Of a DNA stretch of 64,000 nucleotides, positions 50,297 to 60,620 are shown piece after piece (position 1 is the first letter of the stretch; every line of letters begins with the position of its first letter). The notes under the pieces are model-generated. The model was not told the DNA's origin and ran no database searches. It worked only from the letters and a program-made list of their open reading frames with translations. The DNA comes from Candidatus Binatia bacterium (GTDB taxonomy: Bacteria; Desulfobacterota; Binatia; HRBIN30). A program made the position numbers and the translations under genes. The stretch lies in contig JBBRSP010000004.1 in the NCBI GenBank assembly GCA_038245295.1, positions 32,001-96,000 of the forward strand. Reading direction: 5' to 3'.

Positions 50297-50384
50297 AAAA
50301 AGGGGACAGGACCCTTTTCGTTCGAGGAAAATGTCGAGTATCGGCGTGGCAGCCGACCACAACAAAGGGGGCAGGACCCTTTTC
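50297..50384. repeat. Pair of short palindromic direct repeats (REP-like)
   Basis: AAAGGGGACAGGACCCTTTTC (to 50319) and AAAGGGGGCAGGACCCTTTTC (50364-50384). Confidence 0.7.
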
Positions 50385-51897
50385 AGAATCCGAATATGTT
50401 GTTGCTGTCGTGGCGTGTTACCCGGCCGCTGCGCCCGACGCATTCGCTCTGCATCATCGACTCGAGCTCGGCCCGGTCCCCGGATGTGTTTGACAGGAAG
50501 CGTGAGCCATCGGCGAGTCGGCCGATGACGACGCCGCGCATCGGCGCGCCTTCGCGGTCGTGCAGGACGGTATACGTTTCCACCGTTGCCGCCCCGCTCG
50601 GCTCGGGCACGATGTTGGGATGAGGCTGGGCGTCGATCTCGGCCTGATAGGTGGTCGGGTTCACACGTTGAAAGGCGCGCGGCGGCGGTTCGGCCGAATA
50701 GATACCGGCCGAGTGTTTGGTGACATACCATCCCAAACCCGTAACCAGCCCCTTGCTGCCGCGGCGCTCGCGTACGCGCTGCATCATCGTCGCGATCGAA
50801 TGGGTCACGTAGTTGTTTCCCGGCCCGCCTGCGTAGGCCAACCCTCCGGTCACCGTGAGATCACGCGGATCATCGACGGCGATGCAGAGGCTGTCGCGCG
50901 CCAGCTGCACGGCCGACGGAAAGCAACTGTAGAGGTCGAAGTGATCGATGTCGTCGACACCAACTCCGGCCATCTTCAGCGACTGGCTGCAGGCCATGCG
51001 AATCGCCGGCGACGTGAAGTAGTTGACGCGCTCCGAAACGAACCACTGGTCGATGGCATCGCCGCAACCCCACAGATACACCCAACGGCTCTCGTCGATG
51101 CCCAGCGCGCGCGCCTTGCCGACCGACATCATCAGCACGGCGGCGGCTTGATCGACGTCCATGATCGCGTTCATGACCTTCGTATACGGAAAGCCGATCA
51201 TGCGATTGTCAGCACTCGGCGTGCTGATCTCCTCGGCCGTGCGCCTGGTCGGAAACCACGCATAGGGATTGGTCGCCGCAACCGCCGAGAAGCGGGCGTA
51301 CAGCTCACCTAGGGCACGCTGGTGGTCGGCAATCGAACGGCCGTAGTGTGCCCGGAGGGCATTCTCGAACATCGGGTAGACGGCAATCGGGAACGTCATC
51401 CCGTATGCCATCTCCTCGTCGTTCGCGCCCTGACGATTGCCTCCCACGACCGCGGCAGTAGGCTGCCCAGGAGCATCGCCCTTGACCCACTCGAGTTTCA
51501 CACCCGCCTTACGGGCGCGATTGATGCTGGCCATCGCCTCGACGCCGGCGATCAACACACACTCAGACTCGCCGCGCGCAATCTTCTCGGCGCTTTCATT
51601 GACCAACCACTGCGGCGTGTTGCCGCCAACCTGAGTGTAGATGAGGTTCTTTGGCTGGGCACCGACGCGCTGCGCCAACCAACCCGGCGCATTGACGGTA
51701 TTCCAAGCGAGGATGTTCACGACGGCCAAGGTGTCGACCTGCTGCAACACCCTCGCCGCCACACCGGCGTCGCCCGCCGCCAACACCGCCGCGTCGGCCA
51801 TCATGTCGACAGGCTCGCGAGCCGTTTGAGGATCTGCGTGGCGCTGTGTCACCTGGCCGCCGCCGACAAGGATGGGGGTATTGTCATCGATGCGCAT
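50383..51897 (-). CDS. Acetyl-CoA acetyltransferase-like (thiolase-like) protein with additional C-terminal domain
   Basis: GGNTPQ, YPMFENA, VDQAAA, DLYSCFP, TVTGGL..GGPGNNY, TKHS. Confidence 0.88.
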   Translation of the reverse strand: MRIDDNTPILVGGGQVTQRHADPQTAREPVDMMADAAVLAAGDAGVAARVLQQVDTLAVVNILAWNTVNAPGWLAQRVGAQPKNLIYTQVGGNTPQWLVNESAEKIARGESECVLIAGVEAMASINRARKAGVKLEWVKGDAPGQPTAAVVGGNRQGANDEEMAYGMTFPIAVYPMFENALRAHYGRSIADHQRALGELYARFSAVAATNPYAWFPTRRTAEEISTPSADNRMIGFPYTKVMNAIMDVDQAAAVLMMSVGKARALGIDESRWVYLWGCGDAIDQWFVSERVNYFTSPAIRMACSQSLKMAGVGVDDIDHFDLYSCFPSAVQLARDSLCIAVDDPRDLTVTGGLAYAGGPGNNYVTHSIATMMQRVRERRGSKGLVTGLGWYVTKHSAGIYSAEPPPRAFQRVNPTTYQAEIDAQPHPNIVPEPSGAATVETYTVLHDREGAPMRGVVIGRLADGSRFLSNTSGDRAELESMMQSECVGRSGRVTRHDSNNIFGF

Positions 51898-51954
51898 TGG
51901 TTCTCCGTCTATCGTGCTTCGGTGCGAGCCAAGTTCACCAAGGCCACGCCTGGA

Positions 51955-54105
51955 TCAACCCGGGTATGGCAATTCAACCGAAAAGGTCGATCCTTGCCCC
52001 GGTGTGCTTTCGAGGGAAATCTCACCGCCGAGCAACTCCGTGTAGCGGCGCACCAGATAAAGCCCGAGCCCAACACCGCTGCGGGAATTCTGCCGCGCCG
52101 TTTCTACCTGCGTGAACATGTCGAAGATCATGGCGTGCTTGTCCTGAGCAATACCGATGCCGGTGTCGCTCACCCGAAACAGCAACTCGTTGCCGCGCGG
52201 CAAGACCTGAAGTGTGACATGCCCCTCACGCGTGAACTTCAACGCATTGTTGATCAAGCTACGCAGAACCACCTTCAACTTGCTGCGATCCGAATGCAGG
52301 ACCAGATCCGCAGACACGCTGCCCCAGATCATTCCAATGTTGGGTGCCACCAGACGCATATCTTCCTGTTGTAGCTCGGCGATCAGCTCGGCCACGGAGA
52401 AGCTCGACTTGTCGGCGAGCAAACGCCCCGACTCGAGACGATTGACGTCGAGTACGATGTCGATGAGGTCGAGCAGCCCGCGACCATTGATCAGCACCCT
52501 CTCCAACGCTTGCTGCTGCTCCACACTGACGGACCCGAGCACGGCGTCGCGCATCAGATCGGCATAACCCAGGATCGCCGCGAGTGGGGTACGCAACTCG
52601 TGCGACATGGTGCCGAGGAAATCGGACTTGAGCTGACTGGCACGGCGCAAATCATCGATGAGGCGCGCATTGTCTACCGCCACCGCCGCCTGCGCCGCGA
52701 TGCCTTCCAGGATGCGGCGTTCGCGCGCAGAAATCTGCGTCACGCGTTGGTGGAAGAACAAATGCAAACCGCCGATCAACTTGCCGCCGTGCACCATGGG
52801 CGCGGCAAACTGTGTGCGGGCGTTGTAGCGGGCGTAGATCGGCGCCGCATCGAGGTCGACATCGACCCGCTCGATGAACTCACGCTTGGATAGCGCCGCC
52901 GCCACGGGAAACTCCTTGGCGCTGAACTCCAACAGCAACAGCTCCTCGATGACATCGGGGCTCCAACCAACCGCCCGCGCGACGCGAAAGGCGTCGCGGT
53001 CCGGCAGCCAGACACTCACGAACACACTGTCGCAGTCGATGATCTCACGCAGGCTTGCGGCCACACGATCGACGACTTCGCTCTCTTCGAGTGACTCGCG
53101 AATCGAACGAGTCACCTGCAGCAAGGCGCTCGAGACTTCCGCCTCCTCCGCCTCGCGCTGGCGCGACAGCGCATTCTCGATCGCCACCGCCGTCTGCGCG
53201 CCAAAGATCATGGCGCGATCGCAGAGGGACGGTGTGAACATGCCCGGACGCCGCAGATCGAGCAGCAGCAAGAAGCCGAACGGCTCGCCGCCGCGGCGCA
53301 GCGGCACCGTCATCAACGCTTGCACACCCGACGCACGCGCGACCGCAAAGCCTCCGGTCGCCTCCTGCAGATCGTTGCGCACGACAGGGCCGCGTTGCTC
53401 TACGAAATCACGCACACTCGGATCATCGAAGGAACGACGCATTCCAATCGTCCCCTCACTACCGACACCATCACCGGCCACCGCCACGAGCTCGTCGCCC
53501 TCGCGCAGCCAAACGTAAACGCCATCGACGTCGAGAACACGACGTGCCTCGCGGCAAACGACCTTGCCAACCTCGCGCGTGTCATGCGTCGTCAGCAGAG
53601 CCTGCGACACCTGGAACAGCGCCAACTGAAAGGCCGACGCCGAACGGCTATCGGTGACGTCGCGCCCGATAGTTTGCAGCAACATCTCACCGTCCGGCAG
53701 ACGTACGACGCTGCTGCGCAGCTCCAGAATTCGATGTGAGCCGTCGCGCAGCACCGCATCACGCTCGTACACTTCGGGGATCGGCAGGCCGGCGAACGCG
53801 CGCTGCGTCAGGAGCTCGGCCGCTTGAAATTCGTCGGGACGCATCAGAGTGCGCAGCGCAATACCGCCCTCGACCTCGGCGGCATCGTAACCGGCCATTT
53901 CCCGCGCCGCGCGATTCGCGCCGACCACCATCCCGTGGGTGTCGGAAAGCAGGACGATATCGCGTGCCAGCTCAAAAACGTCGTGGAAGTTGAGCCCGGC
54001 CAAGCGACTCGGGTCGGACCGGCCAGCAGCCGTCGGCGCTGCCAGCACACCCCCCACTGGCTCGCCTTCCTGCATCGCCCGTCGCGTAATCTGTGGTTTA
54101 CTCAC
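51955..54105 (-). CDS. PAS-GAF-GAF cytoplasmic sensor histidine kinase
   Basis: PAS (GRDVT), two GAF-like regions, H-box MSHELRTPL, N-box NNALKFT, DTGIG, GLGL, GQGSTF; no TM segments. Confidence 0.92.
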   Translation of the reverse strand: MSKPQITRRAMQEGEPVGGVLAAPTAAGRSDPSRLAGLNFHDVFELARDIVLLSDTHGMVVGANRAAREMAGYDAAEVEGGIALRTLMRPDEFQAAELLTQRAFAGLPIPEVYERDAVLRDGSHRILELRSSVVRLPDGEMLLQTIGRDVTDSRSASAFQLALFQVSQALLTTHDTREVGKVVCREARRVLDVDGVYVWLREGDELVAVAGDGVGSEGTIGMRRSFDDPSVRDFVEQRGPVVRNDLQEATGGFAVARASGVQALMTVPLRRGGEPFGFLLLLDLRRPGMFTPSLCDRAMIFGAQTAVAIENALSRQREAEEAEVSSALLQVTRSIRESLEESEVVDRVAASLREIIDCDSVFVSVWLPDRDAFRVARAVGWSPDVIEELLLLEFSAKEFPVAAALSKREFIERVDVDLDAAPIYARYNARTQFAAPMVHGGKLIGGLHLFFHQRVTQISARERRILEGIAAQAAVAVDNARLIDDLRRASQLKSDFLGTMSHELRTPLAAILGYADLMRDAVLGSVSVEQQQALERVLINGRGLLDLIDIVLDVNRLESGRLLADKSSFSVAELIAELQQEDMRLVAPNIGMIWGSVSADLVLHSDRSKLKVVLRSLINNALKFTREGHVTLQVLPRGNELLFRVSDTGIGIAQDKHAMIFDMFTQVETARQNSRSGVGLGLYLVRRYTELLGGEISLESTPGQGSTFSVELPYPG

Positions 54106-54123
54106 TTGTCAATTTCTCACAAC

Positions 54124-54153
54124 AAAAAAAGGGCCCGCCGATTGGCGGGCCCT
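54124..54153 (-). terminator. Intrinsic terminator after the alcohol dehydrogenase gene
   Basis: Minus strand AGGGCCCGCC-AATC-GGCGGGCCCT followed by a T run. Confidence 0.85.
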
Positions 54154-54177
54154 CCGCTTTTTGGTCAACGGAATCAA

Positions 54178-55269
54178 TCAGTACACAATCACGCTGCGGG
54201 CAACCTCGCCCTTCTCCATGTCCTCAAATGCCTTATTGACGTCCTCGAGCTTGATGCGTTTGGAAATGAGCTCGTCAATCTTGAGACGCTTGTGCATGTA
54301 GAGATCGATCAATAGCGGGATGTCACGCTGCATGACCGCCGAGCCGTACAGCGATCCGATGAGCGACTTTTCTTCGAGCGGCACCATCATCCCGGGGATG
54401 GTGATCTCGGTTCCGAAACCAGGCACGCCCACGATGACCGCCTTGCCACCGCGTTTTACCGACATGAACGCCTCGGTAATCACTGACGGAGCACCAATCA
54501 CTTCGAAGGCGTAGTCGACGCCGAGGCCGTCGGTAAGAGCCCGGATTGCGTCCGGAGCCGCGCCGTCGTTCTTCGGGTTGACGGTATGGGTCGCGCCGAA
54601 GGTCTTGGCGAGTTTCAGCTTCGAATCGAGCAGGTCTATGGCAATGATACGCGACGCACCGGCGAGGAGGCAGCCCTGGATGACGTTGAGACCCACGCCG
54701 CCGCAACCGAACACGGCAACGGTGTCGCCGGGGCGAACCTTGACGGTATTGAAGGCCGCGCCGACGCCGGTCATGACACCGCAACCAACGAGGCAGGCAC
54801 GGTCCAGCGGCACGTCATCGTTGACCTTGATGGCCGCCGTAGCGCGCACAACGGTCTTTTCGGCAAACGAGCCGACCCCGGCCATTCGAGTGATCGGCAG
54901 ACCATCCTTCTCGAAGACGGCTTCTTGGCCCGACATCATGCTGCGCACGTTGGCGTCGCACAGGTGCGGGCGGCCGACAGTGCAGAAGTGACAACGGCCG
55001 CAGTTTTCCACCCAGGAAAGAACAACATGGTCGCCCGGCTTCAGGTGGGTGACACCTTTACCGACTTCCTCGACGATGCCGGCGCCCTCGTGGCCCAACA
55101 CGACCGGGGGCGGCAGGGGCAGCTTCATCTGGACGACGGACAAGTCGGAGTGGCAGACGCCACTGGCGACCATCTTGACGACAATCTCATCCTCGCGAGG
55201 ATCCTTGAGATTGACCGATTCGATCTTCAGGGGCTCGTTGAAGTTGTACATCACCGCGGCTTTGATCAT
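54178..55269 (-). CDS. Zn-dependent alcohol dehydrogenase (class III-like)
   Basis: GVCHSD, GHEGAG, CGRCHFC..G...[26 protein letters not shown]. Confidence 0.93.
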   Translation of the reverse strand: MIKAAVMYNFNEPLKIESVNLKDPREDEIVVKMVASGVCHSDLSVVQMKLPLPPPVVLGHEGAGIVEEVGKGVTHLKPGDHVVLSWVENCGRCHFCTVGRPHLCDANVRSMMSGQEAVFEKDGLPITRMAGVGSFAEKTVVRATAAIKVNDDVPLDRACLVGCGVMTGVGAAFNTVKVRPGDTVAVFGCGGVGLNVIQGCLLAGASRIIAIDLLDSKLKLAKTFGATHTVNPKNDGAAPDAIRALTDGLGVDYAFEVIGAPSVITEAFMSVKRGGKAVIVGVPGFGTEITIPGMMVPLEEKSLIGSLYGSAVMQRDIPLLIDLYMHKRLKIDELISKRIKLEDVNKAFEDMEKGEVARSVIVY

Positions 55270-55384
55270 TGCTTCCTCCCGATACGAATGTGTGGACGGT
55301 TCGTCGTATGCTGAAGCGCACGCTGATGCAATCCACCGTCCCTTTTGGACACAAGTTCTGCGATCAACCTACGCCTGAGCAGAG

Positions 55385-55463
55385 CGCAGGCTGAAGCCTG
55401 CGGCTACCGCCGTCTGGTTGCCGCGTTGAGAACCAATTCGGTAGGCGCAGGCTTTAGCCTGCG
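55385..55463. repeat. Inverted pair of GTAG-type REP sequences
   Basis: CGGTAGCCGCAGGCTTCAGCCTGCG (minus, 55385-55409) and CGGTAGGCGCAGGCTTTAGCCTGCG (plus, 55439-55463). Confidence 0.85.
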
Positions 55464-55502
55464 GAGTACTTCCAGGACACGGCCTGCAATGCCGGAGTCA
55501 GC

Positions 55503-56258
55503 TCAGTTCGGCTTGTGCGCTTTGAGGCGCAGGCGGACATAGTCGGCGGTCCACTGTCCATCGGCATCACACAGCTGCGGCCGCAGTGCCTCGCGTACTT
55601 CCGCCAGGAACGCGGCACGCTGCGCTTCGGGAATGGCTTTCGTAAACGGCTGCGCGAAGGTTTCGAGCCAGCCCGTAACATCACCGGGGAGCGGAGTCGG
55701 CCGCGGGATGATGGCAATCCAGTCGACCACAAAGCCTCGTGCTTGGAGCCGCGGGCCGTACTCGACGGCATCGGGAAAGTACCACGGATCGACACTCGAT
55801 GGATCAACCGAGCGCGCCCGAAGGCGATCGTGCAGAGCCCTGCGAATCCGCTCGACGCAGCCCACGCCACCGAACTCGGCGACGAAACGGGCGCCCGGCT
55901 TGAGGGCGCGCCAAACACCGTCGATGACCGCATCGGCGTTCTTCATCCAATGCAACGCGGCATTGCTGAACACCGCGTCGAACTCTGCATCGAAGTGGAG
56001 AGCCTGCCCATCTAAAACACGCGCATCAAGACCGAGCGCAGACGCAGCCTCAATCTGCGCCGCGCTGCCATCGACGCCAACGACCTGGCAGCCGAGATCA
56101 ACCAGCGTCTTGGTCAACGCACCGTCGCCGCAACCAACATCGAGGATGCGCTCGCCAGGTTGCGGCGCCAGCAGCTCCACCACCGGCATGCCCAGATCGG
56201 AAACAAAACGCGCGTGACGCGCATACCCTTGCGGATCCCAGGTCTGTGTCGACGACAT
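55503..56258 (-). CDS. Class I SAM-dependent methyltransferase (Tam-like)
   Basis: ILDVGCGDG, GVD.S, FDAVFSNAALHW, LKPG, DYVRLR. Confidence 0.9.
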   Translation of the reverse strand: MSSTQTWDPQGYARHARFVSDLGMPVVELLAPQPGERILDVGCGDGALTKTLVDLGCQVVGVDGSAAQIEAASALGLDARVLDGQALHFDAEFDAVFSNAALHWMKNADAVIDGVWRALKPGARFVAEFGGVGCVERIRRALHDRLRARSVDPSSVDPWYFPDAVEYGPRLQARGFVVDWIAIIPRPTPLPGDVTGWLETFAQPFTKAIPEAQRAAFLAEVREALRPQLCDADGQWTADYVRLRLKAHKPN

Positions 56259-56411
56259 GCGGCGCAACCTACTCTACGCGGTTTACGTCACGCCAGCGCT
56301 TCGTCTCTACGAACGTGCCTTGGTCTGGACCCGACTCGGATGGCGCGGGGTTTGGCTTGAGCAGGCACGGATACGCAGGCGGGCACGGTGAGAGGAGATT
56401 CCCGTCAGTGG

Positions 56412-56831
56412 CTACCACACTCCCGTGTTCGGCAACGATAGCCACGGTTCCTGCGCTGGTAGAGCTTCTCCGGATTGCAGGAGCTCGATCGAGATATTGT
56501 CAGGGGAGCGGACGAACGCCATACGACCGTCGCGGGGTGGCCGGTTGATCGTCACGCCGGCATCCTTGAGACGTTGGCATACGGCGTAGATGTCATCCAC
56601 CGCGTAGGCCAGATGACCAAAGTTGCGCCCCCCGCCGTACGGCTCGGGATCCCAATTGTAGGTGAGCTCGACCTGAGCCGAATCGTCACCCGGCGCAGCC
56701 AAGAACACCAGCGTGAAACGCCCCGCCGGCACCTCGTGCCGGCGCAGCTCGTGCAACCCCAGCTTGTTGCAATAGAAGTCGAGCGACTCGTCGAGATTGG
56801 TGACCCGCACCATCGTATGCAAATACTTCAC
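56412..56831 (-). CDS. gloA: Lactoylglutathione lyase (glyoxalase I)
   Basis: [38 protein letters not shown]. Confidence 0.9.
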   Translation of the reverse strand: MKYLHTMVRVTNLDESLDFYCNKLGLHELRRHEVPAGRFTLVFLAAPGDDSAQVELTYNWDPEPYGGGRNFGHLAYAVDDIYAVCQRLKDAGVTINRPPRDGRMAFVRSPDNISIELLQSGEALPAQEPWLSLPNTGVW

Positions 56832-56891
56832 GCCACTGTCCTTGCCGTCGTTGCAGTCCCTGCAGTCCTCATCGCACGCCGAAGATCGCGA

Positions 56892-57569
56892 TCACTCGTG
56901 ACAAAGGAAGCCGCCGCCATTCTTGATCTGGCAAACAAACCGCTCCCACGCCCCATCATCGCCGATCTGTAGGCAGATGTGCTGAGCGCCGTTGAAGAGG
57001 TCGGGCGGAATCACCAGGTCAGTCGGATTATTGAACTGGAAGCCGAACGAATAACCGCCAGGGATGCCTTGCACCGAAACAGTTCCCTGGCTCGTGTTGG
57101 CGACGTAGCCAGCGCCCGTCGAAGCAAAATGGAGGTCGGTCATCTCAATCATCAGACCACCGCGCATGTCGAGCAACGACAGCGAGCCGGTCTCATTGGC
57201 GAAGTCGATGCCGTTGCTGTCACTCGGCAGGCGCCAAGTGCCGTCGCCGCGCAAAGTGCGATCAATTCCCGGATACGCGTAGTAGATATGCCCCAGGCGC
57301 GTATCGCCGGCATGCGGCGGAATCGCTCGGCAGCCTGTCGATACCGGAATGGTCGGCGTCGCCGTCGCCGTGGCTGCGGGAGCCGGCGGTGTTGGTGTCG
57401 GCGTGACCACGGCGAGCGTGGGTGTGCCGCGGCCCGGGCGCGGGCGTCGCGTCGGCCGCATACGCGCCGTCGGACGCGGCGGTCGTTCGACAGCCGCTGC
57501 GAGATCGGCGGTGAGAAACGACAAACCAAGCGCAACAAGAACCAGCGCAACGCGCATCGATACCTTCAT
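56892..57569 (-). CDS. Hypothetical secreted protein with Arg/Pro segment and short Thr/Pro linker
   Basis: GGAGG RBS, signal peptide, TPTPT linker, Cys-containing beta-rich C-terminal domain. Confidence 0.72.
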   Translation of the reverse strand: MKVSMRVALVLVALGLSFLTADLAAAVERPPRPTARMRPTRRPRPGRGTPTLAVVTPTPTPPAPAATATATPTIPVSTGCRAIPPHAGDTRLGHIYYAYPGIDRTLRGDGTWRLPSDSNGIDFANETGSLSLLDMRGGLMIEMTDLHFASTGAGYVANTSQGTVSVQGIPGGYSFGFQFNNPTDLVIPPDLFNGAQHICLQIGDDGAWERFVCQIKNGGGFLCHE

Positions 57570-57636
57570 GGTCGGAACCTCCTGGAGCGGCTGGAAAGTA
57601 TGCGCCCCGCCGGCCTAAGGCAAGAGCAAGATCCGC

Positions 57637-57987
57637 CTACCGCTTCTCGGTACTCTGGATGATCTCGTGAATCTCGAGGGCGTTCGGACCGGCAAACATC
57701 TCCGCCGGCGGGCGGTTGCTGTGGGCAGCGCGAAACGACTCGCTACGCGTCCAATCCCAAAACGCCTGCTCCGACTCCCAGTAAGTCTGAACCAGGTAGT
57801 AGCCCTGCTCCTTCGACTCTTCCCACTGGCCGGTCTGATGGCTGAAGCGCCGCTGCACCGGACGCAACACCAGATTCTTGATGAAGCCGGGCGACTGATC
57901 GATGAGGTGAGCGCGGTTCTTGAAACGATTCTCGAAGTCGTCCTCGTGGCCCTTGGCGACGGGGATCCGGTTGGTGACGACGAACAT
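57637..57987 (-). CDS. ABM-family monooxygenase, IsdG/HmoB-like heme-degrading type
   Basis: AAAGGAG RBS; MFVVTNRI (Asn), FENRF, PGF, YWESE..F..W, F.AAH (His). Confidence 0.85.
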   Translation of the reverse strand: MFVVTNRIPVAKGHEDDFENRFKNRAHLIDQSPGFIKNLVLRPVQRRFSHQTGQWEESKEQGYYLVQTYWESEQAFWDWTRSESFRAAHSNRPPAEMFAGPNALEIHEIIQSTEKR

Positions 57988-58046
57988 GTGTCGCTCCTTT
58001 GTCAGGCGGGGCTCGGGCAACCGATCTCCATAGAGTGTGGGACCCG

Positions 58047-58124
58047 GAGCCTCAGCCTGTGCCCTTGCCTACGCCTGCCTCAGCCACATTCAGGCTGGGG
58101 CAACGGCATAGGCTGAGGCTGAGG
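58047..58124. repeat. Hexamer-periodic palindromic element (second copy) at the tRNA 3' end
   Basis: GAGCCTCAGCC-TGTGCCCTTGCCT...AGGCTGGGGCA..GGCATAGGCTGAGGCTGAGG; blocks identical to those at 31796-31918. Confidence 0.78.
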
Positions 58125-58126
58125 AA

Positions 58127-58209
58127 TGCGAAAGGGGGGACTTGAACCCCCACAGGTGTTACCCCACAGGATCCTGAATCCTGCGCGTCTGCCATTCCGC
58201 CACTTTCGC
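58127..58209 (-). tRNA. tRNA-Leu (anticodon CAG), CCA not encoded
   Basis: GCGAAAG acceptor stem pairs with CTTTCGC-A; D-loop GGAATGGCAGAC; anticodon arm CAGGA-TTCAGGA-TCCTG; long variable arm; T-loop GTTCAAGTC. Confidence 0.97.
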
Positions 58210-58296
58210 GTGCGGCGCGGCACTTAGCGTGTTCGTTTACGCCGGACAATGGGTTGTTCTTGTATGCCGTTGATCAGCCGTGGTAGCCCTGCCCGC

Positions 58297-60588
58297 ATGC
58301 TCCGAAGAGTAGGCGTGGTGCTCGTTGCGCTCCTATGGGTGCGTGCGGCGTCGGCCGTCAATTGCACAGCCGCTGCTCCATTCAACACCTGCATCACGGG
58401 TGGTGGCCCACGCGTAACCGACTGTTCCCTGGAATGGCACTCTGCGGTTGTCCCGGCGCTAACCGGACGTGGCGAACCAAAAAACCTGGTGCTGTGTTAC
58501 GAAGGCGATAGGCGCTGCGACAGCGACGACGATCTGTCGAACAAGACGTGCAGCATTCGCCTGCGCTTGTGCGCCAACAACACCGACGCCCGGCTCCTCA
58601 CCTGCACCGCCAGCGACATCAGCAGCCTCGAAGTAAAGAAACCCAATCCGAATCGTCTGCGCGACGCGCTCGAGACCGCCAATCTGGCGCAGCTCGAATC
58701 GCAAGCCGAGACGCAGTTCGGCATATCCATCGTGCGCGGCACAACCACCATGTTCACAGGTGCGCCGTTCGCCGGCCTCAACACCTGCTCGACGCCGATC
58801 GACATCCAACTCGCGCTGCGCGAGCTACGCAGCGGCACCATCAAGAAGGGACATACAAAACTCAAGGTACGCGCCGTCACGTCGGTCGGCACGAACGATA
58901 CCGACAGCCTGCGCCTCGAATGCCGCCCCAGCACCTGCGGTAATGGGATCGTCGAGCTCGATCACGAGTCTTGCGACGACTCGAACCGCATCAATGGCGA
59001 CGGTTGTGACCAGGGCTGCCAGAACGAAGCATTCACCCCGACTCCGTCGCCCTCCGCCACAGCGACGCGCACGGAAACGGCGACCTTCACGGCGACCACG
59101 ACGCCCAGCACCACACCGACGCCGACACCAACCGCTACGGAGACAAAAACACCAACGCCGACTTCGACCCGTACGGAAACCCCGACCCGTAGCGCCTCTC
59201 CAACACGCACGCCGAGCAACACCCAGACGCCGTCGAAGACACGAACCCCGACGCACACGGCAACACCGACGTTGTCGCCCTCGCTGACCGCGACCGAATC
59301 ACCAACCGACACGCCGGAGCCGACACTCAGCGCCACGCCATCGCGGACGAGCTCGCCGACGCGGACCAATACGCCGCTGCCCACCAACACGCCCCTACCA
59401 ACCTTCACAGCCTCACCCACCGATACGCCGACGGCAACGCCGAGTCACACGTCGACGCCATCCATCACGCCAACGCCGACAATCACACTCACCGCAACGA
59501 TCACGCAGACGAGCACCCCAACGAGCACGGTGACGCCGACCGCGACCCCTGACATTCAGATCAACCTGACCGCCTATCGCCCGAAGAGTGAAGGCTACAG
59601 CAATCCGCTGCCGCGCCTCGCCGTCCCCGAGGCGACCGAGGAGAGCAGTGGCGCCGGATTGCGCGTCAATGGTGATGACGACAACGCCAACAGCATCGCC
59701 GACGTCAACGACGCCTCGGTCAACAACGAGAACGATCTCGTCGAGCTGGTCCTCGACGTGAGCCCGGCCCCGGCAGCGGCGGGCATCGAGTATGTCATCA
59801 AACGTACCAACCCGTTTGTCAAAGTGTGGTCGAGTGCCACCAAGGGCAGTGCCATCCTCGACACCAATGACGAACAGGTGCTGGCCCTGGGCAGCGGCAC
59901 GCAGACCGTATGGATGGAAGCCACCGGCGTCGGCAACGGATTCATCCAACTGATCGCCCGACCGATCGGCGGTGGTGCCACCCTGAAGATCGATCAGGTC
60001 AAGCTCTACACGTTCACCAGCGTGGTCATCGCTCTCGGCGGCGAAAACCAGGTGCCGAGTGATCCTGTCGATCCCAACCACGGCATCTTCGTCATTGCCA
60101 ACAACCTCTACGCGATGGGCTACGACGTGCACATGTACGACGAAGACAATGTCGGCAGTGACGGCTCCGGATCAGTCTACAACGAGGTCGTCAGCGCCAT
60201 CCAAAAGCGCGGCATCGGCATCGTTGCCGTGTACGGCTACAGCCACGGCGGCGGCTCCACACACGACTTGTGTGATCGCCTGAACAACAACCGCGCCTCG
60301 ATCGGCACGTTCACCTTCCCCTATACGGCCTATATCGACGGCATCAAGAACTCGTCCGACATCGACATCACGTCGGAGACTCGCCTACCCCCGGCGACCC
60401 AGTACCACGTCAATTACTACCAGCGGAACGACATCCTCCTGCGCGGCAACTCGGTGCCCGGCTCCGATATCGAGGTCAACGCCGGCGCCCAACCGTGGGG
60501 CACCAGTTTGATGCACACCACGGTTGACGATGCGCCGAATGTACGCAGCGGCATCCAGGATCCGCTGGTTTCCCACGTCGTGCCATGA
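58297..60588 (+). CDS. Secreted multidomain protein: Cys-rich N-domain, Myxococcus-type Cys-rich repeat, Thr/Pro stalk, Asp/Asn-rich domain, C-terminal alpha/beta-hydrolase-like domain
   Basis: Signal peptide ending [45 protein letters not shown]...ENDL; GYSHGG with downstream IDG and H. Confidence 0.82.
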   Translation: MLRRVGVVLVALLWVRAASAVNCTAAAPFNTCITGGGPRVTDCSLEWHSAVVPALTGRGEPKNLVLCYEGDRRCDSDDDLSNKTCSIRLRLCANNTDARLLTCTASDISSLEVKKPNPNRLRDALETANLAQLESQAETQFGISIVRGTTTMFTGAPFAGLNTCSTPIDIQLALRELRSGTIKKGHTKLKVRAVTSVGTNDTDSLRLECRPSTCGNGIVELDHESCDDSNRINGDGCDQGCQNEAFTPTPSPSATATRTETATFTATTTPSTTPTPTPTATETKTPTPTSTRTETPTRSASPTRTPSNTQTPSKTRTPTHTATPTLSPSLTATESPTDTPEPTLSATPSRTSSPTRTNTPLPTNTPLPTFTASPTDTPTATPSHTSTPSITPTPTITLTATITQTSTPTSTVTPTATPDIQINLTAYRPKSEGYSNPLPRLAVPEATEESSGAGLRVNGDDDNANSIADVNDASVNNENDLVELVLDVSPAPAAAGIEYVIKRTNPFVKVWSSATKGSAILDTNDEQVLALGSGTQTVWMEATGVGNGFIQLIARPIGGGATLKIDQVKLYTFTSVVIALGGENQVPSDPVDPNHGIFVIANNLYAMGYDVHMYDEDNVGSDGSGSVYNEVVSAIQKRGIGIVAVYGYSHGGGSTHDLCDRLNNNRASIGTFTFPYTAYIDGIKNSSDIDITSETRLPPATQYHVNYYQRNDILLRGNSVPGSDIEVNAGAQPWGTSLMHTTVDDAPNVRSGIQDPLVSHVVP

Positions 60589-60620
60589 GCCCTATGGGTC
60601 GTATAGCTCCTATGAGTCCC

